From assembly GCA_000004695.1 (NCBI GenBank), contig CM000151.3, positions 256,001 through 320,000 on the forward strand: DNA of 64,000 nucleotides, in the 5' to 3' direction. Below are positions 47,184 to 58,120 of this stretch, piece by piece (the first letter of the stretch is position 1; every line of letters starts with the position of its first letter). Both the position numbers and the translations under genes were made by a program. The DNA is from Dictyostelium discoideum (Eukaryota). A model generated the notes under the pieces. That model was given only the letters and a program-made list of their open reading frames with translations, was not told the DNA's origin and ran no database searches.

Positions 47184-47319
47184 AAGAAACTAATTTTTTT
47201 TTTTAATTTTAGAATTTTATGGTGGGTCTGAACACGATATTACTATTTCAAGACATTCAGGTTTGGTTGATGGTGAATTTAATTTAGAGGAAGATGAAAA
47301 AATTTTGGCTTTCTATTAA
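46947..47319 (+). pseudogene. Harbinger/PIF-type (DDE_Tnp_4) transposase C-terminal fragment in two exons (46947..47112, 47213..47319); the intron contains an A73 tract; the N-terminal catalytic part is absent
   Basis: KIDGIKIYSVIDTTLFNIQKPTDFQDVYYSPKHKKHGIKLEVVCNVSDGKIIWVSN|EFYGGSEHDITISRHSGLVDGEFNLEEDEKILAFY-stop. This matches the DDE_Tnp_4 core ...aiDGThipi..P....yYs.Kh+.hsl.vqvvcd.dgrii.v..g.pGsvhD... Upstream in-frame TAA at 46935, with no further exon before the Myb-like gene. Confidence 0.55.
47116..47180 (+). repeat. Uninterrupted poly(A) tract (~65 nt) inside the intron of the transposase fragment
   Basis: Direct read. Confidence 0.9.
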
Positions 47320-47439
47320 TTAATAGAAACACTTTATCGATTATAAATAAAAATATTAAAATAACTAAAGATAAAAATGAAAATTTATAAAAAAAATTTA
47401 AATAATCATAAATAAAAGATAAAAATAAAAAGATATAAA

Positions 47440-47444
47440 AAAGA

Positions 47445-47475
<31 letters not shown>

Positions 47476-47580
47476 ATTCTTGTCATCAGTATTGTTACTA
47501 TAATTAATCCATGAGTTTTTTAATTATTGAATTTATATTTGAGAGATTATTATTTAAATGACTAAGAATTTTTTATTTTT
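47440..47580. repeat. MITE-like palindromic repeat, arm-only partial copy
   Basis: ttataattattcttgtcatcagtattgttactataattaatccatgagttttttaattattgaatttatatttgagagattattatttaaatgact. Confidence 0.5.
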
Positions 47581-47583
47581 TTT

Positions 47584-48540
47584 TTACTTACTATCATTAT
47601 AATCAGTAGCAGTATAGTTTATTGGGTCATCTAGCATTGATTTTAATCTATTATTATCTAATTTTCCTTCAAAATTTTCAATTTCTTGAATTGTTGTCGG
47701 AACTGATTCTAAAGATACTTTTAATAATATTATTGAAGTTGAAACTTGTTCTTTTTCTTTTTCTTTTTCTGATTCAGTTAATATCTTTAATTTTATTATT
47801 AATTTACAAGTGGTAATTAATCTTTTTAATGTTGATCTTTCATTAACCTGATATATAGTTTTGAGGTTTTTAATTATTAGATCAATTGTTAATTTACTAT
47901 TATTACAACTACTACTATTATTATTATTATTATTATCATTACCAATGTTATTTAAATAACATAATAATCCTTTAAAAATATTATCATTTTTTGGAATTTC
48001 ATCTAACTCGATTGATTTCTCACCAAAATCAGTGTTATTTAATGATGTTTCTAATGATGTTGATGATGGTGAGTTTGATTTTTTTAATTCTAAATTCTTT
48101 GATTGTATTATTGCAGTTGATACATAAATTGGTGAAGAGTAATAATACCTTTGAATTTTGAAAAAGTTTCTATTAAATTTGAAATCATTTTTAATTATTT
48201 CAAATAATTTCTTTAAATAAATTAAAATTAAATCTTTACGCCAACTAGATTGATCAGACTCTTTACGCCAACAAGTTTCACCAAATTCTAAATATCTACA
48301 ATTTCTATAAGCTTTTTCTTTTAAAATACTAATTTGATTTGAATCTATTAGTTTAGTTATTGACGATACTGAATCGTAACTAAATGAATATTGGTTATAC
48401 ATAAATGAGAATATCTTTTTATAAATTGCTTTATTTCTAAACAATTTCCAAAATAATATTTCAATTGGTTCTATATTATCTGTAATTGTTAATTTTATTG
48501 AATGAATTAGTATTTTCTTTTCGTTCATGTTCTTCTTCAT
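47584..48540 (-). CDS. Hypothetical protein (318 aa or longer). N-terminal EILFWKLFRNKAIY motif shared with the 19867..22956 protein. N-rich and acidic low-complexity tail.
   Basis: ORF on the minus strand with ATG at 48538-48540. The 3' end abuts a MITE fragment, so the C-terminus is uncertain. Confidence 0.45.
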   Translation of the reverse strand: MKKNMNEKKILIHSIKLTITDNIEPIEILFWKLFRNKAIYKKIFSFMYNQYSFSYDSVSSITKLIDSNQISILKEKAYRNCRYLEFGETCWRKESDQSSWRKDLILIYLKKLFEIIKNDFKFNRNFFKIQRYYYSSPIYVSTAIIQSKNLELKKSNSPSSTSLETSLNNTDFGEKSIELDEIPKNDNIFKGLLCYLNNIGNDNNNNNNSSSCNNSKLTIDLIIKNLKTIYQVNERSTLKRLITTCKLIIKLKILTESEKEKEKEQVSTSIILLKVSLESVPTTIQEIENFEGKLDNNRLKSMLDDPINYTATDYNDSK

Positions 48541-49428
48541 ATTCTCTTTTTCTTTTTTTTTACAATTTTAATCCTTTCAATTATTTCTTGTTTATTTAAG
48601 TGATTTATTTCTATACAATATGATTTTGCAATTTCTTTAATTGATTTTAAATTCTTTTTCTCTAATTCACAATTATTATCATTATCTTTATCATCTTATT
48701 AATTAAAGATGACAAAAATAATTTAAATATATAAATTATTTTTCATTGTTGTGGTGGTGGGGGAAATTAAAAAATAAAAAAAAAAAAATATAAAAAAATA
48801 TAAAAAAAAATATAAAAAAAAAAATAAAAAAAAAAAAAAACAAATAAAAAACATTTTTATGGTGAAACGGATTTTATTTAGTTTTTTTTTTTTTTTTTTT
48901 TTTTTTCTATTTTATTTTTTTTTTTTACTATTTTATTAAATATTTATATTTAAAAAAAAAAAAAAAAAAAACATATAAAAAACATTTTGTAACACTTAAA
49001 AAAAAAAAAAAAAAAAAAAAAATTCAGCGACTCTATTATGGTTTTAAAAAAAAAATGGTAAGTCATAAATATTCACTTAAAATAAACAAAAGTTTTACAA
49101 TCTTTATTATGATATACTAATATTAATTTTAGAAAAAAAAAAAAAAAAAAAAAAATTTTAGTTTAGATTAAAAAATTTTAAAAATAAAGGAATTAAATGT
49201 TATTGAAAATTAAATAAAATTAAATTTATTTATTTATTTATTTATTTATTTATTTGTTTATTTATTTTTTATTTATTTAATGGAATTCCGTTTATATATT
49301 TTTTTTTAATGAAATTTCATTAATTTTTTTTCAATGAAATTTCAAACAAAGAAATAAGCAAATATATATTATTTGTTTATTTCTTTGTTTGAAATTTCGT
49401 TGAACATTATTTTTAAACGAATTCAAAT

Positions 49429-49546
49429 GACTACATAACCCCTGTAAGCGGTTAGTATCCCCTTGTAATCCTTACAACCAGTGTAGCCCACAAATCCGGC
49501 CATTCGTCTTACAGGCCTATTAGCCGCTTACAGGGGTTACGTAGTC
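49429..49546. other. GC-rich island forming a long hairpin (23-bp arms GACTACATAACCCCTGTAAGCGG / CCGCTTACAGGGGTTACGTAGTC around a ~72-nt loop). The loop carries a DUSE-like CCCACAA motif and CCTTACAACCA, close to the class-I RNA CCTTACAGCAA motif. Candidate ncRNA locus. A second AT-rich palindrome lies at 49325-49400.
   Basis: Direct read. GC content is far above the flanks. Arms are complementary with a single mismatch. Confidence 0.3.
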
Positions 49547-50086
49547 ATTTTGCTCGTTGGGGGTGTAATTAATATTTATTTATATTTTTATTATGGGCTA
49601 ATTCTTTTTTTATTATTTAATGATAATTTTATATTAAAATATGATATATTATTAATTAATATTAATTTGTTAAAAATTTTATTATATTATAATCTCTTTA
49701 TAAAAAGTGAGAAATTATGTGTCATAAAATATCTAATAAAATAATGAATTTTCTAAAATTTTTTTTTCCAGCGAATAATAAAAAAAAAAAAACTGTTTTT
49801 GTTAACAATGGGGTGAAGATGATTTATTGTAATTTTTTAATAATTTTAGTTCTGTTTTTTTTTTAATGGAGATATGAGAGAGATTATTATGATATTTTGA
49901 ATGATTGGATCATAGTAATAAAACAATATTTTTAATTTTTTTCTTTTTTTTTTTTCTTTTCATTCTTTTTTTTTTTCTTTTCATTCTTTTTTTTTAGTAC
50001 TTAATCTTTTTTTTTTTCATCTTTCAAAATAAAAAAAAAATATTTATATAAATTTTAACTTTAAATTAAAATAAATAAATTTTAGA

Positions 50087-50509
50087 ATGGCTGAAGAATA
50101 TCATCAATTGAAAATTACAATATTTACTGATAAAGGGAGATCAACAATAAGTGGTTTTGGTAAGTTAATTAGAATTATTAATTTATAAATATTTAATTTT
50201 AGTTTATATATTAAAAAATGTAACATTTAATTTCATTCTTCTGGCTTTTTTAAAAATATAGAGTATCCTCAACCTATATTACCTTATCCTGCACCATATA
50301 CTTTTAGATTTTTTCATTACGATATTGAAGGCCCAAATTTAACCAACAAAGAATTTAAAGTAAAAACAGGTAAAATTGAATACAAAGGAGAAGAATTTGA
50401 TATTCCTCCATCATCTAAGGGCTCATGGAGAAGAGAAGATAACCTATTCGATTTAATCTCTGTTACAATATATCCAAGTAGACAACCAAAAAAAGTTTTT
50501 CATTATTAG
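50087..50509 (+). CDS. Small two-exon gene (exon 1 50087..50159, GTAAGT intron 50160..50261, exon 2 50262..50509) encoding a ~107-aa protein MAEEYHQLKITIFTDKGRSTISGF-E-YPQPILPYPAPYTFRFFHYDIEGPNLTNKEFKVKTGKIEYKGEEFDIPPSSKGSWRREDNLFDLISVTIYPSRQPKKVFHY
   Basis: ATG in good context (aaaATGg). Canonical g|GTAAGT donor and tatAG acceptor. Splicing removes an otherwise in-frame stop. Codon usage is non-repetitive. Confidence 0.45.
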
Positions 50510-50766
50510 ATCTTAAAAACAGATCTGAAACAATGAAAACAAAAATAAAAAATTTTAAAATTTTTTCATAATTGAATTGATATAAAAAAAAAATTATGAT
50601 TAAAAAAAAAATATGTGTGGAAAAAAAAAAAAATTAAAAATAAAAAATATATTTGTTTATGGTGTTATGTTTTTTGGTAAGGTTTAAAGTGATCAAAAAA
50701 TTATCATTCAAACTTGTATACCAGTGTTCGACCTTTTTCCACATTTGGAAAAAAAGGGTGTCTTTT

Positions 50767-51334
50767 TTAATTTCCCTTCCATTCCATGTTTTTGTTTGAT
50801 TGAGTTGTGATTCCACCATTATTGGAAGTTGTTGCAGCTTCATGTGTTGATCTAACTTCGGTGGTAGAGTGCTCGATTGCTTTTCCAACTAGGTCATCTG
50901 TTGATTTTCTTTTGGTTATTTCGATATCCCTTTGCAATTTATTTTTACTTGAGAGTTTGGTGGCCTCTATTCTAGAAGTAGGCTCAGTATTGTAATAAGC
51001 CTTTATAATAGCAGAATGATTATCTGCTTTATAATGATTACTGATGTGCTGTTGACACTGGTTTTGATTAATCATATGAGAGACACCATCTTCATCTTTG
51101 TTAAGCCTAACCTTCTCTATAATCTTCACTAAGTCTTTTGGGTACCAATTTTTTCTTTTTATCTTTATCAATATAAAACACTTCTTTAATAGTTGCCGTA
51201 CCATATTCTACATTCTCAACAACATACTGTTTATCCAAAATGTTTTTCCAATAGCTTATATTTTGTCCACTCAATTTGGTATTATGAAATTTATAATCTA
51301 TTTTAAATTTTACATCTTCGTCATATTTTTCCAA
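50767..51334 (-). pseudogene. Hypothetical gene interrupted by a single +1 frameshift near 51105 (ORFs 51107..51334 and 50767..51204 join as ...KRLSEDYREG / RLNKDEDGVSHMIN...). S/T-rich C-terminus. Function unknown.
   Basis: Two overlapping minus-strand ORFs in adjacent frames with continuous coding-like composition. The start of 51107..51334 is TTG, not ATG. An alternative ATG (MVFSKDNKLNNQLSATEIEK) lies upstream at ~51408 in a third frame. Confidence 0.3.
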
Positions 51335-51620
51335 GAGTTTTTTTAATTTATTTTTATTATTTTTTCAATTTCTGTTGCAGAAAGTTGATTATTTAATTTA
51401 TTGTCTTTACTGAAGACCATTTTTTGGAACGAAAACTTTAAAAAAATAAAAAAATAAAAAAAAAAATACTTTTTTTTTTTAATTTTTTTTTTTATATTTT
51501 TTTTTTTATATTTTTTTTTTTTAAATTTTTTTTTTTAATTTTTTTTTTTTATTTTATTTTTTTAAAGTTTCGAACAATTATATATAAAAAAAAAGTAAAA
51601 GATATCCCTTCGGTTAATTA

Positions 51621-51621
<1 letters not shown>

Positions 51622-51693
<72 letters not shown>
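51622..51693 (+). repeat. (AAT)n/(ATA)n microsatellite, ~24 units
   Basis: Direct read. Confidence 0.9.
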
Positions 51694-51698
<5 letters not shown>

Positions 51699-52150
51699 TT
51701 CGAAATGTTTAAACAATCATACAGTTTAAAATTAAATAAATTGTTTTAAACCACCACTTTTTTTGAACACATGAAAATAAATAAGATATAAAAATAATAA
51801 GATAAAAAAAGATTTTTTTTTTTTTTTTTTTTTATTTTATAATTATTCTTGTCGTCAGTATTGTTACTATAATTAATCCCATGAGTTTTTTTTATTATTA
51901 TTTTTAATTCTTTTATATTTGAGATGATTATTATTAATTAAATGACTTTGAGTTTTTTTTTTTATTTTTCTATGCCCAAAATTACCATATTAATTTCAGC
52001 AGCCATATTAATTTCAGCCTAAAATAGTTGGTCTGTGCATGCCAAAATTAATATGGCTGCTGAAATTAATATGGTAATTCTAGCAGACATAAGTCCCATG
52101 CCAAAATTACCATATTAATTTCAGCAGCCATATTAATTTTGGCATGGGAC
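51690..52150. repeat. MITE-like palindromic repeat, full copy (near-identical to 35960-36420)
   Basis: Shared arm ...aaacaatcatacagtttaaaattaaataaattgttttaaaccaccactttttttgaacacatgaaaataaataag... plus nested CCATGCCAAAATTACCATATTAATTTCAGC hairpins. Confidence 0.65.
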
Positions 52151-53069
52151 ACACACTACTACTATGATTCAACCAAATCAATATTCAACATTTAAATTAG
52201 AATTAATAGTATTAAAACAAGAATTTTCATTAATGTTCATTAAATTTAGAACGTAGTTTGAAATCATAGAATCATGACCCAACCACTGACTAGTAGTTTA
52301 AATCCATTCTCAAGTAATCATTCCAAATTATCACCACCAGCACCAAATGCAACATCAACTACAACATCAAATCAGCAGCATCTCAATCGAAACAATTGCA
52401 GCTCATGAATCAATTCTTACTCTTCAAATCTAGCCAGTAAATGGTATCTCTGAAAATGAGACAAAATCTCAACAAGCCACCCCAGAGAATTAGATTAGAG
52501 CTCTGAAGTTGATTGATGCAACCCATTGTTATCACAGGTGGTAAATCTGTAACAATATTTTCAACCATATGGTTAATATGAATAAATTTTATTATCTATA
52601 ATTAAAGGTTGTTGATTTAATCTATCGTTATTATTAATTTTATCTATTGATAAATCTAGTAGTATATCTCTTATCTCGTCTAATCTTTTTTTTGCAGTTT
52701 TTTGTGAAATTTTAAAAATAAATGATAAATTATCCATAGTAGGATAATTTTTTATAAAATAAAAAAATAATAATTTGAAATTTTTATTTTATTTTATTTT
52801 TCTTCGTTTATTGATCCATATATTTTAATAAAGGAAATTTTATCTACCCAAAATAAGGAGCGAAATTCCCTTTAATATATTCTCTAAGGAATTATATGTT
52901 TCCATTCTTTAATAATAATTCATTAAAATTAAAAAAAAAAAAAAAATTTAAAAAAAATAAAAAAAAAAAAAGACTTTTAAAATTGAATATGAAAATGGTG
53001 ATAATTATGCCATTATTGAATTTGTACTCTATGATAAATTTAATGGTCAAGAAATTTTAAACAAATGGG

Positions 53070-53112
<43 letters not shown>

Positions 53113-53489
53113 TTTTCTTTAATTTTACTGGCAATTAATATCTATCACACCACCAAAAAAAATACCCCATAATTTACATTCCTTTTAAAAAATTATGTAA
53201 AATGTATGTAAATTCATATTATTTTTTGAGTAGTTTTTTAATTTTTTAAGTTGTCGTGGAATTTTTTTATTTTATTTTTTTTTGTTTTTTTATTTTGTTT
53301 TTTTTTTTTTTATTTATTTTTTTTAATTTTTTATTTTCATTAATCCAAAAGGCTTTAAGTATCGATTTCTCTTTTATTTATTCTATTATATTATGTTCTA
53401 ATTTTTGTTGTAGACTTGTTCCGCAACTACAACATTAACTGTGTCACACCCAAACAAATAAAATTAAAAAAAAGATAAAAATAATAATA

Positions 53490-55472
53490 ATGTCAACAAA
53501 AAAAAAAATTAAAACAGATAATAATAATAAAATATTTCAAGATTTTATTGATTTTGAAATTTTAAGATCTTTAATCAATTATTTATTAATCAACAAAACA
53601 AATAATAATAATAATAATAATAATAAATATAAAATTAGTAAATTTTATTTACATAGAAATGAAATATTGAATTATATATTAGTTTCAAAAAAGTGGTATA
53701 ATTTTATATCATTAACAATATCAAATAATATTATTAATAATAAATCATTTGAACATTGGTTAAAAATTAATAATAATAATAATAATAAATCATTTACTAA
53801 AAATTATAATAATCAAAATCGATATGATAAAAATAATTTAATTTTTAATAACAAATATAGTAAAAATAAAATTGGTTTTAATAAAGAATTTTCAATTATA
53901 AAAATCAAAGAATCAATAATCAAAGATTATTTTAAATTCAATTTATTTTTAAGTAATATTACAATTGATGATTTTAAAGAAATTAAAAATAAATTTGAAA
54001 ATAATCAATTAGTTTATAATAGAATTGTTGTTGATATTAAAACTGGCTATTATGGTGAAGGGAATCAAGATGAAATTTTATTTAAAATACATGAATATGT
54101 ATCAAATGAAAATTCAGAAATCATATCAAATTTATTTAAAATATTAGAATTAAATCATGATTTTATGATAATCGATGACTTTCATCCAAAATCTAAAGAA
54201 GAGGATGAAGAGGATGAGGAGGATGATGAAAATGATAAAGGTAGTAAGAAATGTACTGAAATATATTTAAATAATTTATTGGTTTCCGGTTATGATCTAA
54301 CTATGGATGAGGATGAAGATAGAGAATCATTAAAGATATTCAAAATATTTAAAAGTAAAAATATATTTTATGATGGGTCTGGTATTGCTAGTGATATTCC
54401 AACACATGTCAATTATTCAGCATTGTTTGATCCTGATAATTCAGGTCAACAAGTTGAATCGATTAAAGTAAAAAATGAACTTGAAGATCCTGATTTTGTA
54501 GAACCACTCCATTTAATCAAAGTTAATCAATTTAAAAATTTACATTCAATTACAATACCAATTAATTCATTTCAAATATTATCAAACTTATCCGAAGAAA
54601 TGGGATATTTTAGTATCGATTGTTTTAAATCTGGTTTTGGTCTTTCAGATAATATGAAATCAGAATTAAATCAAATGATCAATTCATTCATTACAAGTAA
54701 ATCTTTAAAAAATTTAAAAATAACATCTATTAGTACAAAAGAAGATCCAATTGATTATGATGCTTATTATGATGAAGGTGATCTTCAAACTTTTATGAAT
54801 CAAATAAATGAACCTAAAGAATCATTTTCAAATTGTTTCAAACCATTATTTTCAGAATTAAATACATCAATTGAAAGAATTGAATTTGATTGTTGCGGTT
54901 TATTAAATATCAATACATTTTCAAATTTATTAAATAATAAATCAATTAAATATTTATATTTATATGATAGTGATTTCTTTTTTTCTTCATTAAAAACAAG
55001 TGATGGTGGTAGTGATGATTGTGGTATTGATGATGATGGTGGTAGTGATGATTGTGGTATTGATGATGATGGTGGTAGTGATGATTGTGATGCATATCAA
55101 AAAATTATTTCCATTAATCAATATCTATTTGAAAATATATTTTCATCACCATTAACATCAATTAGACATTACAGAATTAAATTCAAAGAATTAGATGAAT
55201 TAAAATTCATATTTAATTTAATATTAAATAATATTTTTAAATTACAATTATATTCATTAATATTTGAATTCAATGAAAACGAATTAGTTTATGAATTTGT
55301 TAAAGAATTTAAAAATTTAATAAATAATATTTCAATACAAGAACAACAACAACAACAACAAAAATCAAACAACATAAATTTAAAAGAAATTAAAATTATA
55401 ATAAATGATGACTGTTTAGAAGAATTAAATAATCCATATTTCAAAACAACAATAAAGAATAGCCCATATTAA
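53490..55472 (+). CDS. Tandem-family paralogue (660 aa). Contains a 3 x 27-bp tandem repeat encoding DGGSDDCGIDD at ~55010-55090. Its upstream region lacks the CACTCTTTATAA motif.
   Basis: Intact ORF with all conserved blocks. Confidence 0.85.
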   Translation: MSTKKKIKTDNNNKIFQDFIDFEILRSLINYLLINKTNNNNNNNNKYKISKFYLHRNEILNYILVSKKWYNFISLTISNNIINNKSFEHWLKINNNNNNKSFTKNYNNQNRYDKNNLIFNNKYSKNKIGFNKEFSIIKIKESIIKDYFKFNLFLSNITIDDFKEIKNKFENNQLVYNRIVVDIKTGYYGEGNQDEILFKIHEYVSNENSEIISNLFKILELNHDFMIIDDFHPKSKEEDEEDEEDDENDKGSKKCTEIYLNNLLVSGYDLTMDEDEDRESLKIFKIFKSKNIFYDGSGIASDIPTHVNYSALFDPDNSGQQVESIKVKNELEDPDFVEPLHLIKVNQFKNLHSITIPINSFQILSNLSEEMGYFSIDCFKSGFGLSDNMKSELNQMINSFITSKSLKNLKITSISTKEDPIDYDAYYDEGDLQTFMNQINEPKESFSNCFKPLFSELNTSIERIEFDCCGLLNINTFSNLLNNKSIKYLYLYDSDFFFSSLKTSDGGSDDCGIDDDGGSDDCGIDDDGGSDDCDAYQKIISINQYLFENIFSSPLTSIRHYRIKFKELDELKFIFNLILNNIFKLQLYSLIFEFNENELVYEFVKEFKNLINNISIQEQQQQQQKSNNINLKEIKIIINDDCLEELNNPYFKTTIKNSPY

Positions 55473-55481
55473 CCATCAGTA

Positions 55482-55523
<42 letters not shown>

Positions 55524-55539
55524 AAACTTGTTTTCAAAC

Positions 55540-55625
55540 ATACTCTTTAATATTAACAAATAATGTCAACAAATAAATTAAAAAACAGATAATAATAATA
55601 CAATATTTTAAAATTTAATTTTTTT
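55540..55625 (+). pseudogene. 5' remnant of a family gene (upstream motif + ATGTCAACAAATAAATTAAAAAACAGATAATAATAATACAATATTTTAAAAT) cut off immediately upstream of the transposon left end. The matching 3' remnant is at 61105..61160.
   Basis: catactctttaatattaacaaataATGtcaacaaat... then stops. 61105-61160 encodes ...LNNIFKLQLYSLKFE, the conserved C-terminal block. Confidence 0.6.
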
Positions 55626-55895
55626 TTTTTTTTTTTTATATAAATAAATAATTTACCTTTTGATTTGGAAATATAATTTATTTTATTTTGTTTGTTGTAG
55701 GGAATTTTCCATAAAATTTCACTACAGTAGCGTAGTGAATTTTATTATTTAATTTCACTACAGTAGCGTAGTGAAAAAAAAAAATCACTGACCTTAAATT
55801 TTTTTTTTTTTCAAAAAACAAATAAAGTTTATTAAATTGAAATTTTATTTTTTGTTTTAATTATTATTTTATTTATTTTTATTATAATTATTGTT

Positions 55896-55935
<40 letters not shown>

Positions 55936-56076
55936 CAATTTTTTTTTTTTAAATTTTTTTCAATTTTTATTTGTTTATTAAATTGTAATTTTATTTTTTG
56001 TTTTAATTATTATTTTATTTATTATTATTGTTAATTTTTTTTTTTTTTCAATTTTTTTTTTTTTAATTTATTTTTA

Positions 56077-58038
56077 TTAATTTATTTTTATTAACTCCCT
56101 GAGTTGTTCAATTGCTTGATTTACCATATCACTGTAAACACTGCACACAATTGAATTTTTTCTAGCTTTGTTACCTCTGGTGCATTTGATGTTTTTGCAT
56201 TTTCCTTTGTATACAAAAAAGTCCAAATATAATTCGTTTTCTATTACAGTTTTTACACAATGTTGGTGAAATTGTTTTGATTTTAATTCTAATGCTTCTA
56301 ACATCATATTTGGATTTTTAACGATTAAAGCATCACCACTATTTACATATAGTACTTTGGCTGCTTTTTCGAGGAATTTAGTCAAATTTTCCTCTGAATC
56401 TAACTATTCTTCATTGCCATATTCAATGGCTAAATTTCTTAAGAGTTTTATCGAATCTATTAATTCTTCGATCATTCTTTTTTTTTGAAATTTTTTTTTA
56501 TTTTGTTTTTTCAATTTTTTTTTTTTATTTTGTTTTTTCAATTTTTTTTAAGTTTTATTTTTTTTTATTTTTTTTTATTTTTTTTAACAAATGTAATTTT
56601 TTTTTATTTTTTTCAATTTTTTTTTTTTTTTAATTTTTAATTTTTTTTTTTTTTTTTAATTTTTTGTGTTGATTTGTGTTTTTTTTGTTTTTTTGATTTG
56701 GCCACTTGTTTTTATTTTCTAATTTCCCCATACCCCCTTCTATTAATTGCAACCAAATCAAGTTCTAATTTTTGTGTCCTTGTTAACTTTGTTTTTGCAA
56801 CTTTTTTTGAAGGTATCACATTAACGATTTTTCCTATTGATGGTGATTTGGAAGGTGATTTAAATGGTGATTTAAAAGGTGAATTGGAAGGTGATTTAAA
56901 TGGTGAATTGGAAGGTGAAATGGATGGTGATTTGGAAGGTGATTTAAATGGTGATTTGGAAGGTGATTTTAATGGTGATTTAAATGGTGAATTGGAAGGT
57001 GAAATGGATGGTGATTTGAGAGGTGATTTGGATGGTTTAGAATGTGATTTTAAAGGAGGTTTATTAACAATTGGTAGGACGGGAGGACGGCCTCTGAACA
57101 GTTGTTACTATACCACTATACCATTACCAGATTGTGGTATAGTATACGATGGTATTATTTGCACTTGAGGTAACTATTTCTTTTAATCTTTTAAATTCAT
57201 ATCCTTTCTCAAACAATTCATTAAATTTGGCGCTGTTAGATTATTATTTAAAAATGGGAGTATTTCTTCTTGTTCCATTTCATTATTGAGTTTGTGTTGA
57301 AATGGATTATCGTTAATGATAGGTGGAATATTTGATGGATTGTTAATAGCATCTTCCAAAACCCTAAATGGATCATTTTGTGTTACCAATTGATGCAAGT
57401 TGAAATTGGATAAATCCTTACCAAGATTTTTAATAAACTGAACCAAAAATTCAATAACTTTCCCATCATTATTTAAATAAAGACCAGAAGTAAAAGAATC
57501 AATATCTTTTTGTATGTTTGGCGATGTTCTAAAAATATCAACTGTTGATTGTTTATAAAGAACCAACTTGTTACCTCCTACAAAACCAGAGTATAAACCT
57601 TTTTTTTGAAGGCTATTGATTCCATCTTCCAAAAATTCAAGTTTATAAAGTTGTTTAGTGTCTTCCTGTATTACCTTATGAATTTTACACAAAATCAATA
57701 TTTTCTATTAGAATTAAATATAAAATTTGTTAATTATTACTGTTTCATATATTATTAATCTTTATGTTTTAATTACTTACATTATTTTTTTTAATTTCTA
57801 GAAAGAGTACAGTATCACCAACTTTCAATCCCTTTGGTGGTTTTGAATTCCATTGATTTTGGTAACTTGTGAGATTTTCAAGAATAATAGCTGTTCTTTC
57901 TTCTTTTGAAACATCTGAAACACCAATTGATTGAGAGTCTTGTTCTGATTGAACATTAATAAACAAAGGAACAATACCAACAGCTTGAGATGGTGTCATT
58001 TTAATTGTTCTTGTTTTTGTATTATTGTAATCATACAA
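56077..58038 (-). CDS. Probable downstream (C-terminal) exons of the same integrase-like transposase (ORFs 57769..58038, 57183..57698, 56077..56385), interrupted by a 24-bp minisatellite region
   Basis: KVGDTVLF motif typical of integrase C-terminal domains. Co-linear and co-oriented with the catalytic exons. No independent homology recognised for the last two ORFs. Confidence 0.35.
56830..57060 (+). repeat. 24-bp minisatellite (~9-10 units; ggtgatttggaaggtgatttaaat), read on the plus strand as GDLEGDLNGDLKGELEG... (ORF 56674..57168, probably spurious)
   Basis: Direct read of a tandem 24-bp periodicity. Confidence 0.7.
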
Positions 58039-58120
58039 AGCTTGTTTTAATAGTTCAGAAAGAGACCTAGAAGTACCATCAAGAAAACTAAAATTTATTT
58101 ATAAATGATTAATTAATAAA

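Noticed and set aside
56674-57168. ORF 56674..57168 encoding the (GDLEGDLN)n protein
   Set aside because: It is the plus-strand reading of a 24-bp minisatellite inside a transposon, opposite in orientation to the integrase exons. It has no start context and is most likely not a gene.
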